DNA from: Epiperipatus broadwayi
Taxonomy: Eukaryota > Animalia > Onychophora
Reading direction: 5' to 3'
DNA length: 64,000 nucleotides
Assembly: GCA_028023455.1 (NCBI GenBank)
Contig: JAQFVV010000006.1
Location: forward strand, 9,362,001 to 9,426,000
The notes below the pieces were generated by a model. That model was not told the DNA's origin. It did not search any database and saw only the letters and a program-made list of their open reading frames with translations. Positions within the stretch are counted from its first letter, which is position 1; each line of letters starts with the position of its first letter. This document shows, in pieces, positions 1 through 13,949 of this stretch. Position numbers and translations under genes: made by a program.

Positions 1-199
1 ATTCTAGCTACATCATATTTATTATATGAAAACACGTTAATTTCTTTATCCCTTTGTTTTCTTTGCTTCATTTATCAATTTTTTCTCTTATTCATACAAG
101 CAATTTTTCTGATTACTCAAGATGATTCCCAAATAACTATATCTATTCACCACACTTTAACTTTTTATCCCCCAATAAGAAATCTTTGTCTTCTCTTTC

Positions 200-660
200 C
201 CCAGTACTTCACCATCGTTATATTTGATTTTTCTTCATAAATTTAATCCCCATATCTTTACCCACCCTTGCACACATTTTTAGTATAACTTCCATATCTT
301 CTCTTCTTTCTGCACATAAAAAGACATCATCCGCAAAAAAAAGACCCGACAATGTATATATTCCCTTGCCACCTATTAACGGTATCTCTGTCCCTCTTCC
401 TAGTCTTTCTATTGCTCTCTCCATTTCTTTCTGTTGCTCCCTCCATTTCACTCAAATACAACAAAAACAAAATAGGTGATGTATGGCATCCTTGCTTTAG
501 TCCCACCCCATTTTTAACTTTAACTGATTCTATATGTATAGTAATTATTTTCATATAACTTCTTAATAACATCCACTAAAGCTTCATCCATGCCCAGATT
601 TGCTAAACTTTTCCATAATCTATTTCTATTCACTCTATCATATTGATCAACATTCTCATC
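200..660 (-). mobile_element. Non-LTR retrotransposon (LINE, RTE-like) reverse transcriptase fragment, frameshifted
   Basis: Minus-strand translation gives YDRVNRNRLWKSLANLG..GVGLKQGCHTSPILFLLYL and, in another frame, GLFFADDVFL, which are the LINE RT motifs QG.SP.LF and FADD. Confidence 0.75.
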
Positions 661-699
661 CTAATACATCATCTAGTGTAAGCTTGAGTAATTAGTAGA

Positions 700-1620
700 T
701 GGTAAATGATAGTACTTAATAAATCCCTATTCAATGTTATTCTTTCCAATAACCATGGATTTGTTTCTAACTTATGGTTTTCATCAATGAGGATTTTTGG
801 ATCTGGAAGCACTACATCTGGATCTTTTGGATCTAATGCATTTTTTTTCCAGAAGCCATCTTTTATTTCTTTGTTTTACTATTAAACTACTAACCCAAAC
901 TGATAAACATTTTAATATTTTCAGTCTAAACCAACTTGATTGTAGTTATATAGATCTGAAATCATTTTGATATCTATGTGTTATGATGTCCTTGGTGTTT
1001 TTAATAGCCATATAACCTCTACATTTGGTTAGGATTGATACAAAACCAATAAACATCAAATAACCTTAGCTTTCATTATGGAGTTCAGTGGCAAATTCTT
1101 TTTTATCTCATTCCATTTGGGTACCTAGTGTAAATTTGAGTAATCTCTAGATGTCAAGTGGAAGTGCTTATTAAATTCTCTATCCAATGTTATCTCAATA
1201 TCCCAGATTAGTTTCTAAATTACAGCCTTCATCAGTGAGGAATTTTGAATCTGGGAGTAATGCATCTAGATTTTTTTTTGGATCTAATGTACCTTTCCTG
1301 TAGCAGCCATTTTTTACTCTTTTATTTTACTAACAAGCTGCCATATCAAATTGAAAAAGGTGTTTTGTTTTCAATCTAAGTCAACATGCTAGTTTGTTTT
1401 TCAGTTTGTGCTGGTAACTTGATAATATAAATAAAAGAAGGCAGCTGGAGAAAAAGTGCATTAGACTCCAAAAAAATTGAAGTGTGCATTCCTAAATCCA
1501 AAGCTCATCACTGGTGAGTCATAAATTAGAAACTGCTTTAGGGATATTGTAAGGAATAGCATAAATAGGGTGAGGAAAAGAGAATTTTCTTCTGAAATGG
1601 CGTTATGTAAGCTTGGGTGC
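700..1620. repeat. Cluster of three decayed PLE family-1 pseudo-LTR copies (two on -, one on +)
   Basis: GGATCTAATGCA and TTCATCAGTGAGGA-like motifs recur at ~780-960 and ~1200-1390, with an inverted copy at ~1395-1620. They resemble the family-1 copies at 18.7-19.2 kb and 49.5-50.3 kb. Confidence 0.6.
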
Positions 1621-3214
1621 CAATCCTCACCAAAGCATAGAAATGTCTGAAATGAAGGATACCATAATATAACAGGATGTGGGAATGAATGATGAACATA
1701 TTGAAGGATTTATCAGCTAATGAGCCTATTGCTAATACTTTGGCCTAATGATGGTAATATTTCCTGTTCGTTGGCCTTCATTTAGGTACATACTCCTAAC
1801 ATAAATATGCATATGTCATCGCATATAGATTGTCAGGTGCTGTTTAAAAGACATGAGTTCATTAGCCATTTTTAATTTTGTTCAGACTGGTACAACTAAT
1901 CAAGGTCCATTAAGGAACCATTTTTTTACTTCTCTGAAAAATATTCAGAAACTCGGGTTCAAATCTTTATTCTTTAGGTGATAATCCCATTCAAACACGT
2001 TAGAACTTAACACAATTTTACGTAACTGAACTATTTAACTTAAATCCCTTATCAGTTGGTTGATCCATTTTTAGGTTTCCAAATCAATATTTCCAATTGT
2101 TATTAACAGTAGGTTTCTTCTTTTCATACAATTGTCGTTTTCTTTTTTCGTAGTCTGATCATGAATGGTAAATTCTATCTTTCCTGATTCATAGTTTTAG
2201 GCAGGTTGATACTGGTATATCTTCCTACTTTTATGACTATCTAATTACATATTACCTATTATCACTTTGTGCAATTTTGAAGGAAGTCAGAAATGGTTAT
2301 ACAAATCTCTGGTCAAGAAAAAACATCTTCAATGAAGATAGGCATCAGTGCATTTTTCTTTTCATACTAGGGTTGGACTTTGTAACCTTTCTTTTTCTTA
2401 TAGTGCTATATATTAGAGAAGAGTTGAACACACATAGGGAGTGAATTAGCCTCATGCTATGGAAACACAAACCTTTAGTGAGTTCGTTTATTTCAGTATT
2501 TTTTTTACGATATTGAGAATATTATTCTCCCACCAGAAAATACAACTTCCTGTATTTGACTTTGCTGCAGAAGATTGCAGCTAACTACTTTGCCCTAGTA
2601 TACTTCCTCGTTCTGTAGAACCATTTACTATAATTTCATATATTCACTTTGCCAGACGTAATATTTTGCCTAAATTAATTATCTCATTCACTTTATAATT
2701 TCATCACTGTTTTTTCTTCTTACTCTCAAGCTGTCTACCTCCAAAATTACCTTATCTTTCATAATTAATCAATCTTTAATTACATTTTTTCTTTTCTTTT
2801 TTTTATTAATGGACATTTTTTTCCCAAAAGATACGAGAGAGAAAAAACAAAAAATATATTGTCTTTAAAAAATTTTAATTTGTCTTTTAGAAGCAGACTG
2901 TATTTAATATTTAATTTTAGGAACTCAATTTTTTTTCCTTTTGTTCTCTTTTAAAATATGCAACTTTCAATCCTTTTTTCTTTTCTCTTTGATACGATTT
3001 TACACAAAGAGAAATAAAATAGCTAAGAGTGCATTGACACATTCCATTGCTACACCGTGAATCAAATTCAACTTTCTCTACCTTAGGCTATATACTTTTG
3101 ATATTATCCTGCTTTTAATTTATACCTACTTACAAAGAATTACAGTATAGATACTGAACTGCTTTTGAATTCATAACTAGCGAGTTAGCATAAATTGAAC
3201 TCATTAATATGTTT

Positions 3215-3385
3215 TTCAGTTTGCTCCGATAATTTGATAATAAAACAAGGGGGTAAAAGGTAGTTGCAGCAGAGAAGTTGCATTAGATCAAAAAAAATCT
3301 CCGATGCAGTTTGGCCGTATTGGAAACGATCACTGGGTAGAGATTTATTAAGCACTATTTGAGCTTACACTAGGTGGCATATTGA
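3215..3385 (+). repeat. Decayed PLE family-1 pseudo-LTR fragment
   Basis: TTGCATTAGATC..GATGCAGT..CACTG..GATTTATTAAGCACTA..GAGCTTACACTAG is shared with the copies at 0.7-1.6 kb and 11.2-11.4 kb. Confidence 0.5.
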
Positions 3386-5341
3386 ATGAAACAGAATTTG
3401 CTACTAAACAACATTACGTAAGCTGGCGTCATGTGATATTTTGTCAATGATATATTTATTGAAGTGTAATTATTGTGCCTATTCCTAAACACAAGCATTT
3501 GTCAAGAAAATTTATATAGCACATATGACTGTTATGATTTTTGTAAGGCGAATTACGCGCATAGGAATAAAAACTATTTTAACTGATATTATCTGCACTA
3601 AAATCCTCTTGAAAATGGTGTGTTAATCTACTACATTTCACTTCTGGGCACTTTGAAGCCAAACGGAAAATTGCCAAATGAAATATATAACAATCCTATA
3701 AAGATTGGATAATAAAAAATAGTTATTGTTTTAGTAAGATCATATTCTAGCTTTCAAAGCATAGCTAATTTTCTTTGCATTGCATACTTGGATACCATGT
3801 ACACAACACAATGACATCAATCTTGGAAGTTTTTGGCAGTCATACTTGAATTGAAGTGTAAAATGTGCAGGGTACAAATGTCATTTTGAGATAATAATTT
3901 TAAAAATTTTATTACTTATGCTTCATGTGTAAAATATATGGAACATTTGTGATTATCACTCTATTATATGTTTAAATTGTTTTTTGAACTGATATTAATC
4001 CTCCGGAAATCATGATTGATAAACTTTTCCTAAGTATTGTTATATATATCAAGTGCAAAGGTTTAAGTTCATGAATAATTGTGCCTTTCTTTATGACTAA
4101 AGTTAAGCGATAAGTTTGGTCATATGTGCCATATAAGGATATGTGATATTTGAACATAAATTGCGTCTGAAAGATGCCGTAAACTCCAAAGTTGGTGTTG
4201 ATATAATTGTGAAAATAATCACTATGCCCTTAGCATTAGGTTATGAAGAAGAAAGAAATCACTTCGTTACACAGCTGAACAAATGTTTGCAAATTTGAAT
4301 CATCTATTTTATTATATAAATATAATAAGAGCAAATTTGTCGTGCTTTATTTTTTTTTTACATTAGCCCGTACTAGTAATAAATATAAATCTTGCATATA
4401 CATGACCATCAATGCAATTTTTTTTCATCGCACCTTCTACATTTTTATATTTCTTTGATAATAATTTTTAGATTATAATTGAAAATGAATAAAGTTATAT
4501 ATTTTTATATAAATATGATACGGCAAATTTGCAATGTTTTCGTATTTCTCGGATAGACTCTACCTCATCTGCAAATTTTTTGACTGTATCCTCCAAAAGA
4601 TTAAAATTGTATTTATGTAAAGAATTATTGATTTGTATCCTAAATTAATATACAGGTAAAAATTGCAGGTGATTAGAAATGAGAAACTTTCTCTTTCTTG
4701 CAATATATGCATTTGTCAATTGAGTTATCAGGCATATAATAGAATCAAGCCCTGAATTAAGTGTGGTAACAGTTGGCTTATATATGGTTAAGCTCTAAGG
4801 ACAAGTAATTCACTTGTTCTTTTAAAATTTCTTACTTACGGGTGAGTGCGCCTAAATTCATACATTTAAAATTAAACAGCGCATGTGTGAAAGTTGATTT
4901 CCTTCTGAATACTTTCTTAAAAACACTTTTTACAAACAAACGATACATATAGAATGTTCAGAATTTTAAAAACTGAATAGTAGTTTACACGTATTCTAGT
5001 TAATAATAGTTACTAAATTATTCTTATCTAAAAATTTTAATGGGTTTCTGATATTTTCATGCATATATCATTTTGTTCTCCATTTCTTTCAAAAACAATG
5101 GATCAAAGTTTCACTGTTTATATGTTGAAAGCATATATTTTAAGAGATAACAAAGGCTACTATGGATTATATTTTGGAAAGATGTTTTTTCAAAAGATGT
5201 ATCTTTGATTTCTCTGTGCACACATACCTTATGTGTATGCAGAGAGTTTAATAGCTGTAATTTGTAATGTTTAATTTAACGATGTGTGTGTTTCATAAAA
5301 TCTTGTAATTGCTATATCATTTATGCATTCTTTTATTTCAG

Positions 5342-5439
5342 GTGTGAAACATCAATTGCGGGTTCATTTAGCCTTTGGTTTAAATTGTCCGATTTTAGGT
5401 GATCATAAATATTCTCATTATACCAAAATGGCACCTCAG
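5342..5439 (+). CDS. RPUSD4: Mitochondrial RNA pseudouridine synthase (RluA family), penultimate coding exon
   Basis: Bounded by ttcag| and |gtattt. Encodes (G)[32 protein letters not shown], containing the RluA motif HQLRVH..PILGD.KY and closely matching RPUSD4. Confidence 0.9.
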
Positions 5440-5661
5440 GTATTTTTATTTTTTTATCAAGTATAAAAAAATTGCATGAATGTAGTATATACAGTCATTG
5501 TGTTTAAGAAAAATAAAATATTAAATTTGGGCCCTTAGGATAATCGAATTACATTTATTAAATAACTCATAATTAAACTTAGGTGTATATATGCAGTTAT
5601 ATTTTTAATTTAATTTTTTTTTAGTTCTTAGTGAATTATTTATATATATATTTTATTGCAG

Positions 5662-5853
5662 AGGTTACCTAAGAATGTTCTAATTCAACTTGGTGTCAGG
5701 CAGTCTAAAGTTCGCCATCTTCCTATGCTGCTTCATTCGAAAATATTAGTTATACCAGAAATTGTTGAAGGACGAAATGTATTTATTACACGATTTTTAC
5801 CACATCACTTTCAAGTAAACATGAAGCGGCTTAAATTGAAACCTCCTAAATAA
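5662..5853 (+). CDS. RPUSD4: Mitochondrial RNA pseudouridine synthase, last coding exon
   Basis: Acceptor ttgcag|, in phase with the previous exon. Encodes RLPKNVLIQLGVRQSKVRHLPMLLHSKILVIPE..LPHHFQVNMKRLKLKPPK*, matching the RPUSD4 C-terminus. Upstream exons were not found in the window. Confidence 0.88.
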   Translation, partial: RLPKNVLIQLGVRQSKVRHLPMLLHSKILVIPEIVEGRNVFITRFLPHHFQVNMKRLKLKPPK

Positions 5854-6899
5854 TTATTATTATGTATATATTATTATTAAAGGTTGACTAATATTTTTTT
5901 TTTAAGATTTGTTTTATATGTATATGTCATGACCAGGTTTTCAACTTCAAAAATTTGTGTATGAGGCTGGAAACTTTAAAACATGGTCAAATTATGTTAG
6001 AATGAAAAGAGGCACCTCTCCAAAACTTTTATAATATATAGCCATTTCAAAGCAAGGGCTTCTCTGATGGTTTTATAGAAGACTAGTGAAAGAAAACACA
6101 ATACTCACCAAACTTGCTATTTATAAATCAATGTTCCCCCAGATGCTGCTAAAAATTTAAATAAATATTAATATCTACAGTTTTGAATAAATATTTACAA
6201 ATATTTTTTGTATATTGCATTAATTTTTTTTAAATAACCTATTACTGTTGAGGTCTGCTACGATGAAGTTTTATAGAATGAACAAATTATACAACGAACA
6301 CTTTTTCTCACTAGATTTAAATTTATGCAGCAAATGCAAAGATATACAAAAATACTACAACAGCAGAAAGTGTTCAATTACCAATTTAGATAACTATTTA
6401 TTATTTTTTAATTATTGTGCACTATATGTCCAATAATTTTATCGTAATTCTGATAATTTAATTTAGAAAACTGGTCAACGTGAAAAAAAAATTTTTCAAA
6501 CAAAAAAGCTGTAAAGGTGTAAAATGTATTTAATTAAAATATAAGATGTTATGTAATAGCCAAATTGTGAACTATGACAATTACATAATATATCTTAGTT
6601 AAATAATGAGTTAATGGTGGGAATTTAAATACATGCATTCATAATTTTCAACAAATACATACGTAAACAGAACAAACAAGTCCGAATACATTACTATGAC
6701 AATTTACAAGCAAAATTCCTAATGAATAATTTAAATAAACCCATAAGTAATCCTTACTGCTTCTTTGAGAATCTTGGTTACAAATTGTCTTACTAATATA
6801 TTCAAACTTGTTTATTCCATTAATATGTTTATATTCTTAGAATAGCATATTTGATGAGTTGTAAAATTATTTATGTGCACAGTAAAATTAGTAATATAT

Positions 6900-7475
6900 A
6901 TATAGATTCGTTCATAAACTACAAATACTTTGGTCGGCTTATTACTACAGATGAAAACATAATGGATTAAATTAATCATAGAATTAAACTTGGTTGGAAT
7001 GCTTTTACTAGAAATAACTTTAAATTAAAATAAAGTATGCCTATGTGTTTGAAAAGGAAGATTTTTAATAAACGTGTTTTACTAGTTCTTATTTATGGAT
7101 CTGAGACTTGGGAGCTTAGCAGAAGAGAAATACAGAGACTTCAAACCACCACTCAACAAGACATAAAGATAAGGAATAACAAGAATAGATCAAAAATATA
7201 ATACATTTGTGAGAAAACAAGCGTTATTCATACCATAAAAAAAGACTGGAGTGGAGTTGGGGTAGACATATTGCTAGAAGAGATGATAATAACTGGACAG
7301 CTGAAATCTTAAACTGGATTCCGAGAGATTGTAAAAGATTTTGAGACTATGTATGAGATGGGTGGATGAAATAAGGTAGTGTGCTGGGATGATATGGACA
7401 GGCTAGAGTTCGGAGAATACGGATTGAACTTGGAGACCTTCATCCTGCAGTGGATAAATATGATGATGATGAAAT
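6900..7475 (+). mobile_element. RTE-clade LINE 3' fragment with (GAT)n tail
   Basis: Degenerate YKYFG..RIKLGWNAF..LKRKIFNKRVLLVLIYGSETW..WSWGRHIARRDDNNW, ending in ATGATGATGATG. Same family as 54.7-56.7 kb and 60.5-60.9 kb. Confidence 0.8.
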
Positions 7476-8049
7476 GAATATATAGTAGAAAGTAAAAAAT
7501 TAAAGATATGTTTGTGATGACTGAATAAGCCAATCCATAAACCACAATCATTGCCATCGTATCACATGCTAGTTTTTTAGTCTATTTATAAAATACAGTA
7601 CTGCCGGGGTTTTTTTCTTAGACTTTAAATACCTTGCTTAATTATGTTCTATTCTCAATCGTATTCACTCAATAGAAACAGCTGTTTAAAATTTAAATTA
7701 ATATAATTCATTGTAATTTTTACTTAACATTTTTAATATGCAGGCTAGTCAATTTTCAGCACCTTGAGCCAAAATCATAAGAATGCTGGATTATATTATC
7801 GGGAAAGTATTCCATGTTGTCAGGAAAATTTTATATATAGGATTAGATCTCATATATAAAGTAGGGTTTACCGATAATATACAATAGCCCAGTATTATTA
7901 CATTAGTGGTGTATCATGTCAAAAATGCATTAAGCAAATATATAAAACACTGAATTTTTTTTTTATTTCGCTTAGTAAGCATAAACATCATTGCCATAAC
8001 TGATAAAAAATAAATTTATAGCATGAAACCTAACATGTATTCGAATTCT

Positions 8050-8860
8050 TTATAAAATTAATCAACTTTCAGAAAGATCAAATACATCATTTTTTAATAC
8101 AACCTTTCTATGTTTCAACATTTTTCCATCCGTCAACAAGATTTCATATCCTTTCATTGAATTGCAAAGCCGCAAATGCACCATTTTTCATCTCTTTATC
8201 TTATATGAATCTTTAACCTCAAAAGGGATCTTTCAGGAACCAAACAAGTGATAGTCTGATGGGGCAAGATCGATTCTATAGAGAGTATGTTCCAACACAT
8301 CAAAATGAAATTTTTTGGAGAGTGTAAGTTGTTTGGTTCAATGGCATGCAAACGTGCAATAACACAATGCCCTTGAATGTAGTCTTCTGTGTTTTGTTGA
8401 ATTTTAGATTTCAGTTCTTCGATATCTCCCTGTAGTAATCACTGTTGATTGTTGAACTTTTTTCCTGATAATGTTCCAATACTGGCACTTGAGAATCTGA
8501 GAAAACTAAGCCATTTTTCAACTGATAGTTGATATTTGAAATCCAAAAATTTTGTTTTGAGGTATTGGAGCATTCTCCCTATTGTTCTGATTTTGCCGCG
8601 TTGGACTATCGCCTGTTTGGTCTCCTAAAAGAAGATCTATGATGACATCATTTTTGATGAATGGGTAAAGACAGTGGTGTTTTCATTTGTGATTCAGTTT
8701 GACCTAAAACATTCTTTAGTAATGAATGTAAAAGTTTGTTGACAGATGGACAAAATGTATTGAAAATCAGGGAGATCATGTGGGAAAATGTTCTTTTGTG
8801 AAAGTTAATTAAAATAAATTCTACTGTCAGAGCATGGCTAATTTTTGACTCGCCTTTGTA
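8050..8860. mobile_element. Two mariner transposase C-terminal relics in opposite orientation
   Basis: The minus strand at ~8240-8270 reads DLAPSDYHLFGS. The plus strand at ~8550-8790 reads FEVLEHSPYCSDFAALDYRLFGLLKE..RWTKCIENQGDHV, followed by a TIR-like TTTTGACTCGCCTTTGTA. Confidence 0.7.
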
Positions 8861-11199
8861 AAATAGGTTATCTAATACAGAATAGTCTTGCATTAGTATG
8901 CGCTGCAATGAAACCATTTAAATTATTGACTGTATATAAAAAGCAAAAATATTAACCTTTATGATATAAATAAGATCTGCTTTTTCGACAAAAACTTTTA
9001 CTAGTCCAATCTAATGAAGGCAGTGTTGGAATTATGGATTCAATGTTATTATATCAGCACACTAAAGAAAATTCTGGCTGGTCTTCAGATCTTATTATCA
9101 CATTTTCAGAATCTTATGGAAACATCCATAAATGAAACTTTTCCATCCATTTATATTATAATACTAAGGGGTCGATGTCTCATTACCATGCAATAAATTT
9201 CATAGAATAACAACTTTATGTACAACTAATTAAAGTGAAGCTGTTATGTCACTGACGAAATATTTTACATTTTAATTCATCAAATGAACAACTTGAAATC
9301 TACATTATGCCTCGATATCCACATTTGCCTTTTTAACCAAAAAAGTTAGGATAATTACATTGATTCACATTCCCAAGTCGATATTCCTCATCCAATTTAA
9401 AAGGTGAACATTTTTTTTCTGCCGCGCGGCTTAAGATTAGACTAAAGTTCTTATATGTTGCACTCAAATTGTTAAAAACATTTTCTAGGTCCTATCTTTT
9501 AAACCAGAAAGAATGTCGCAAATATGAGTTTACTGTAAACCTAAAGCAAGAAAATTCTCATTTTTGTTTTTAAACAATTCAAAGTAAATTTCCATTTATC
9601 AAACTTTTATCGCATCTTGGTATTTGCTGAAAGTTACAAGTGAATTTTCAAAGACCATATTGTAAATATAAAAAAATAATATTGAAGTGAGTAGATTTTT
9701 TCATATCAACACCTAGTTTTTGAATTCAAACGTCAGATTCTCCGCTCACTAATAATGGAATCATTTTATTATGCAATTGTAAAATTCGAATCAATTGCAT
9801 TCGACAACTGATTAATTCTAAACATTGCCACAAAGTTATCCAAGACAAATGCTTGATCAAATCGATAAATCCTTTATATTTATTTCTTTAGAAATAATAC
9901 GGGAATATTCATTAATTAAAAGTTATGCAAAATATTACAACTTTCCTGATAATAAAATTTGCATACAGAAAGCTGTAAAACCTGCAGAAAAATAGCTACA
10001 TGAATTTATATTAATAATATTCAAAATAATAATGATAGCAATTAATATCAAATTTTAAACCAATGATAATATATCAGTTTCTGTTAAAATTAAATTCTTT
10101 AAAATTAGAAATAGGTTGCAGTAATGTGCTCAATCCCAAACGAAATGCTATTGCATTGAGTAACGGCTAAAATCTTTTCTCTGGTTGTTAAAAGATTTAT
10201 GCAAATCCGATACATTCAATTGTGCATAATGAGATTTGCCCTGACACTTCCTGCATTTACCTGGCAATAAAAATTATGTGTGATGTGTCTTTTAAAAGAA
10301 CTTGCACTGATAGTCGGTCAGTCATCTGATTTAGAATCAACCTACTCATATATCCAATCCAATGGAAATACATCATTAAAAAAAGGAATTTATTTCCTCC
10401 AAGTTCATCAAGTTGAAAAGTATAGCAATAGGTCTTATAACCATGTGTTTTCAGAATATTACCAAGAATTCCTACTAGTGGTTTGTATTTTACAAGTGAA
10501 ATAGTCTCCCTATCATATAGTAATTTCAATGTGTCTTATTCACAATAACTGGGATTCATATTTCATTACCATACAGGTTAGTTGAAGTATAATTATATCT
10601 TTTGATGTAATGTCATATCTTAATTGTAGTGCAGCACATTGAAGCCTATTTTGTACTTCCAATAATCAATCTGTCTATGTGCCTAAAAAGCTACCAATAT
10701 ATTTATTTAACCTCGCCTTCATTTTCGAGTTGGTAATCATCGAATCCAAACATTGCCAAAAATTTTTCTAGCATCACTGATTGATAAAAAAAATGGGAGA
10801 TTTTAAACTTTAATTACTAAATTATTTGTGGTTTGAACTTAAAAATATTCTTGAATATGCAAATATAGCACAATCATCATCATACTTTAAATATCTAAAA
10901 GCTTAGATCGGATTGAAAATTACATCATCAAATCTGTATTTTATCTTGATAGGTGCTATTTTCATTTCAAATGCCTGTTTATTTACCACTAGAAACAATA
11001 ATATTTCCTTGCACCCAATCATGTGGCAGTCAGATAATTTTTATAAATAACTTTTAATTCAATAAAATGCATTATTGATTTTATACCAATCCTGGCCAAA
11101 AGATAATAGGTGCCTATAATTATTAAAAAAACTAAGAATACCATAATATAAATACTGAAATGGTTTCAGATCTATATGAGCAAGTTGGCTTAGCTTGAA

Positions 11200-11415
11200 A
11201 ATAGTATATGTATCAATTTTGATTAATATGTTGACAGTAAAACGAAGAAAAAGTTGGTTGCTAGAGGAAAGATGCATTAGGTCCCAAAGATTCAGATGTG
11301 TAATTCCCAGATCCAAAATTCCTCACTGATAAAAGCCAGAAGCTAGAAATTAGTCTAGATATTGGGCAGGATATCACTAGAAAGGGTTTTATTAAGCACT
11401 ACAATCAAGCATCTT
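11200..11415 (+). repeat. Decayed PLE family-1 pseudo-LTR with a degenerate hammerhead motif
   Basis: CAGATCCAAAATTCCTCACTGATAAAAGCCAGAAGCTAGAAATTAGTCTAGATATTGG aligns with the intact copy at 18994-19052. Confidence 0.6.
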
Positions 11416-13084
11416 AATTATTAAAGTTTGCATTAGGGGAGGGGGGACTATTTTTACCTCATCACAAACCATTAAATGAGTCAAATGTTTTGGCCAAAAA
11501 AGCAATATAAGTCCCACTTTCATCGACTTAACTTTCCATACAATCACTTATCAACCAAAATGCTTGAATTTGAAAACAGCTCATCTATGATCCGAATCAA
11601 TCTATTCAAGTCAGTCCTTAAAAGTAATTTTACTGTATAAAGGATAGTGATATTCCATAATAAGTGTGGCAGTCTTTTCTATCTTGTATTACCAAAAAAG
11701 AATCCAGAATAACTAACTTGGATAGTTATTATTATTATTCAAAGACTTATCTAAACAAAATTAGTGGGGTGGGGGGGGCATTCAATATATCCATAAATTA
11801 ATAAGCCTAATTGCAATGAATTATCTCTAGTTTTACTAACTTTTTGGATTTGCCGTGAAGGGTCTAGTTTTTGAAATCACACATCTGAAAAAGCACCCAG
11901 AATAAGGATTTCAGATTAACTGTATTTCATATCTAGAATTCTTAAAATCAGGTAGTATAACTTTACGGGTACATATATTTCTAAAATATTTCAATAATGA
12001 AGTTAACATATCACTGTTATATTTTAAAACTTTATGGATTTGACTAAGAATTAATCCTTTTCTATTTCTAAACTTTCAAAGACCTATTAAACCTCAGGCT
12101 GGATATCTGCCCAAATCTAAATGAGAGGACAAGGGATAAATCCTTAGAAGTAATAACTCTTGGATTCAAAAGACGCTCTGCATGATTTTGTGTGTGTAAG
12201 GTTATTGGATCAACTCCTATGCTGGAACTTCCGGCACTCAAACTTTTTATGAATTCTCAAGTAAAAAGCCATTTAATTATTTTTTTATTCAAAAGGTGAT
12301 CCAAATATTCTATGAAATTAAAAAACACATGTAAACGTTAAGCACTAATATAAAAGAATTATGAAATTCTTCACATTATTCTCAACACTTCAAAAGATCT
12401 TAAGTGACCATGATTATCCCCTTTGCAGTTTTATTTCACCAATCGTTGTCTTTTCAGTTGTTGAACTTCTTTCTTTAAATCTCTGTGAACATTTAGCCCA
12501 ACAAAGAATGCCATACTTCCTTATCATTTATAAAATTCCACACAACCATTTTAAAAATCCTTTTAATGTTTAATTGACATCGAAACATAACCAGAGTAGC
12601 ATTGACTTCCAAAAAAAAAAAGATCAATTTCTGTTTACTATGTGGCTTAATTACACTATCACCTATCTACAATGGGTCAAGAACCTGCCCTTGTAATTGC
12701 TTCAAAATTGACCGCCTTTATCTTCTAATTTCTAACTATAACAATCCATAATATACCATTATTTGAATATGCCATGGATAACTCAGGCTTATATTAAATG
12801 GTAATAGAATGTAGAGAAATGAAATATTTAGAAGATGGATATGTTTAAGTTTCTTCAAAATTAATTTATTTCCCTAAACGATAAATTTCTAATATTCAAT
12901 CCATGTTCCAAAATTCAATAATAGAATCAAGAGTTCACAGATACCATTATTTCCAAGGTATGGTACTTTTCAAAAAAAAAAAAGTGATCTTTTATCGATA
13001 TGGATATATAACACTATCCAATAAAGAAAACTTTTTTTCAATTTACTGGATGTAATTTTACAATACAAATAATGATCAATGAAT

Positions 13085-13400
13085 TTTACTAGTGCAATGT
13101 CACATTGCAATTCTATTTAGAAGGTAATAAACCCTCTTCACTAGTGCCATACATATTAAGTCAGCGATGTTAAATGTGAGAATATTTTCATTCCAGCCAC
13201 AAGATAAAGACTTCGAGAAATTAAGAGCAACCATCTTGTTTTCAAACCTAAATGCACTTATATAGGTCAGTCTTAAGTGTCTTAAAATGAGAGCATGAAT
13301 ATATTAAATCAGGATTCAGGCAACATTTTAATGCTGTCATGCCGAAACTATCTTATAACGTTATTCCATGTACTGGCATGATTCTGCCAATCTTATTAAA
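13085..13400 (+). mobile_element. Decayed PLE GIY-YIG endonuclease region
   Basis: Contains KCTYIGQS followed by a frameshifted CLKMRA. A second, partly inverted copy lies at 15105-15400. Confidence 0.45.
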
Positions 13401-13949
13401 TATAGTATCTAAATTGGTCCAGTTACAATGGGCTTCAAAATTATTATATACTTTTGAAAGCCATTATAACCAGATCTTATATTATTGGTGATTCAATATT
13501 TAAAAATACGTAGAATGTTTTGTTAAATTACATTGCATTTGAAAGACGTGCTTACAATTTTCTTTAGCATGGAGAAAATTCATCTCTGCGCTTAAAAAAA
13601 AATGTGTATTGTTTACAAAATTGCCAACTAATGTACAGTAATTCATAATAGGCAAAGCCTGTTTAGCTTTCAATGGTTTAATTTTAAAAGCTGATATAAA
13701 AAATCAACTCGAAATTGGAAGTTTTTCATACATTTTTTAAAACTGGACACTTGGAATTTTTGTCTATGAGAAATTTGTTTTAATTACACAGTAGATATTT
13801 TAAAAACAAATATTTTTAACTTCTTTGAGATCCAAAAGATATCAAGTCTCATGTATTTGTTGTCTTCGTTCATACATTAACCTGATTTTCATTAATTATA
13901 AACTTTTTTTAAGGTTTATATTGTGCAGAAACATGAAGCTATAATAATA

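Noticed and set aside
9200-10550. Possible transposase or RT remnants
   Set aside because: The fragments are too degenerate to assign to any family by eye.
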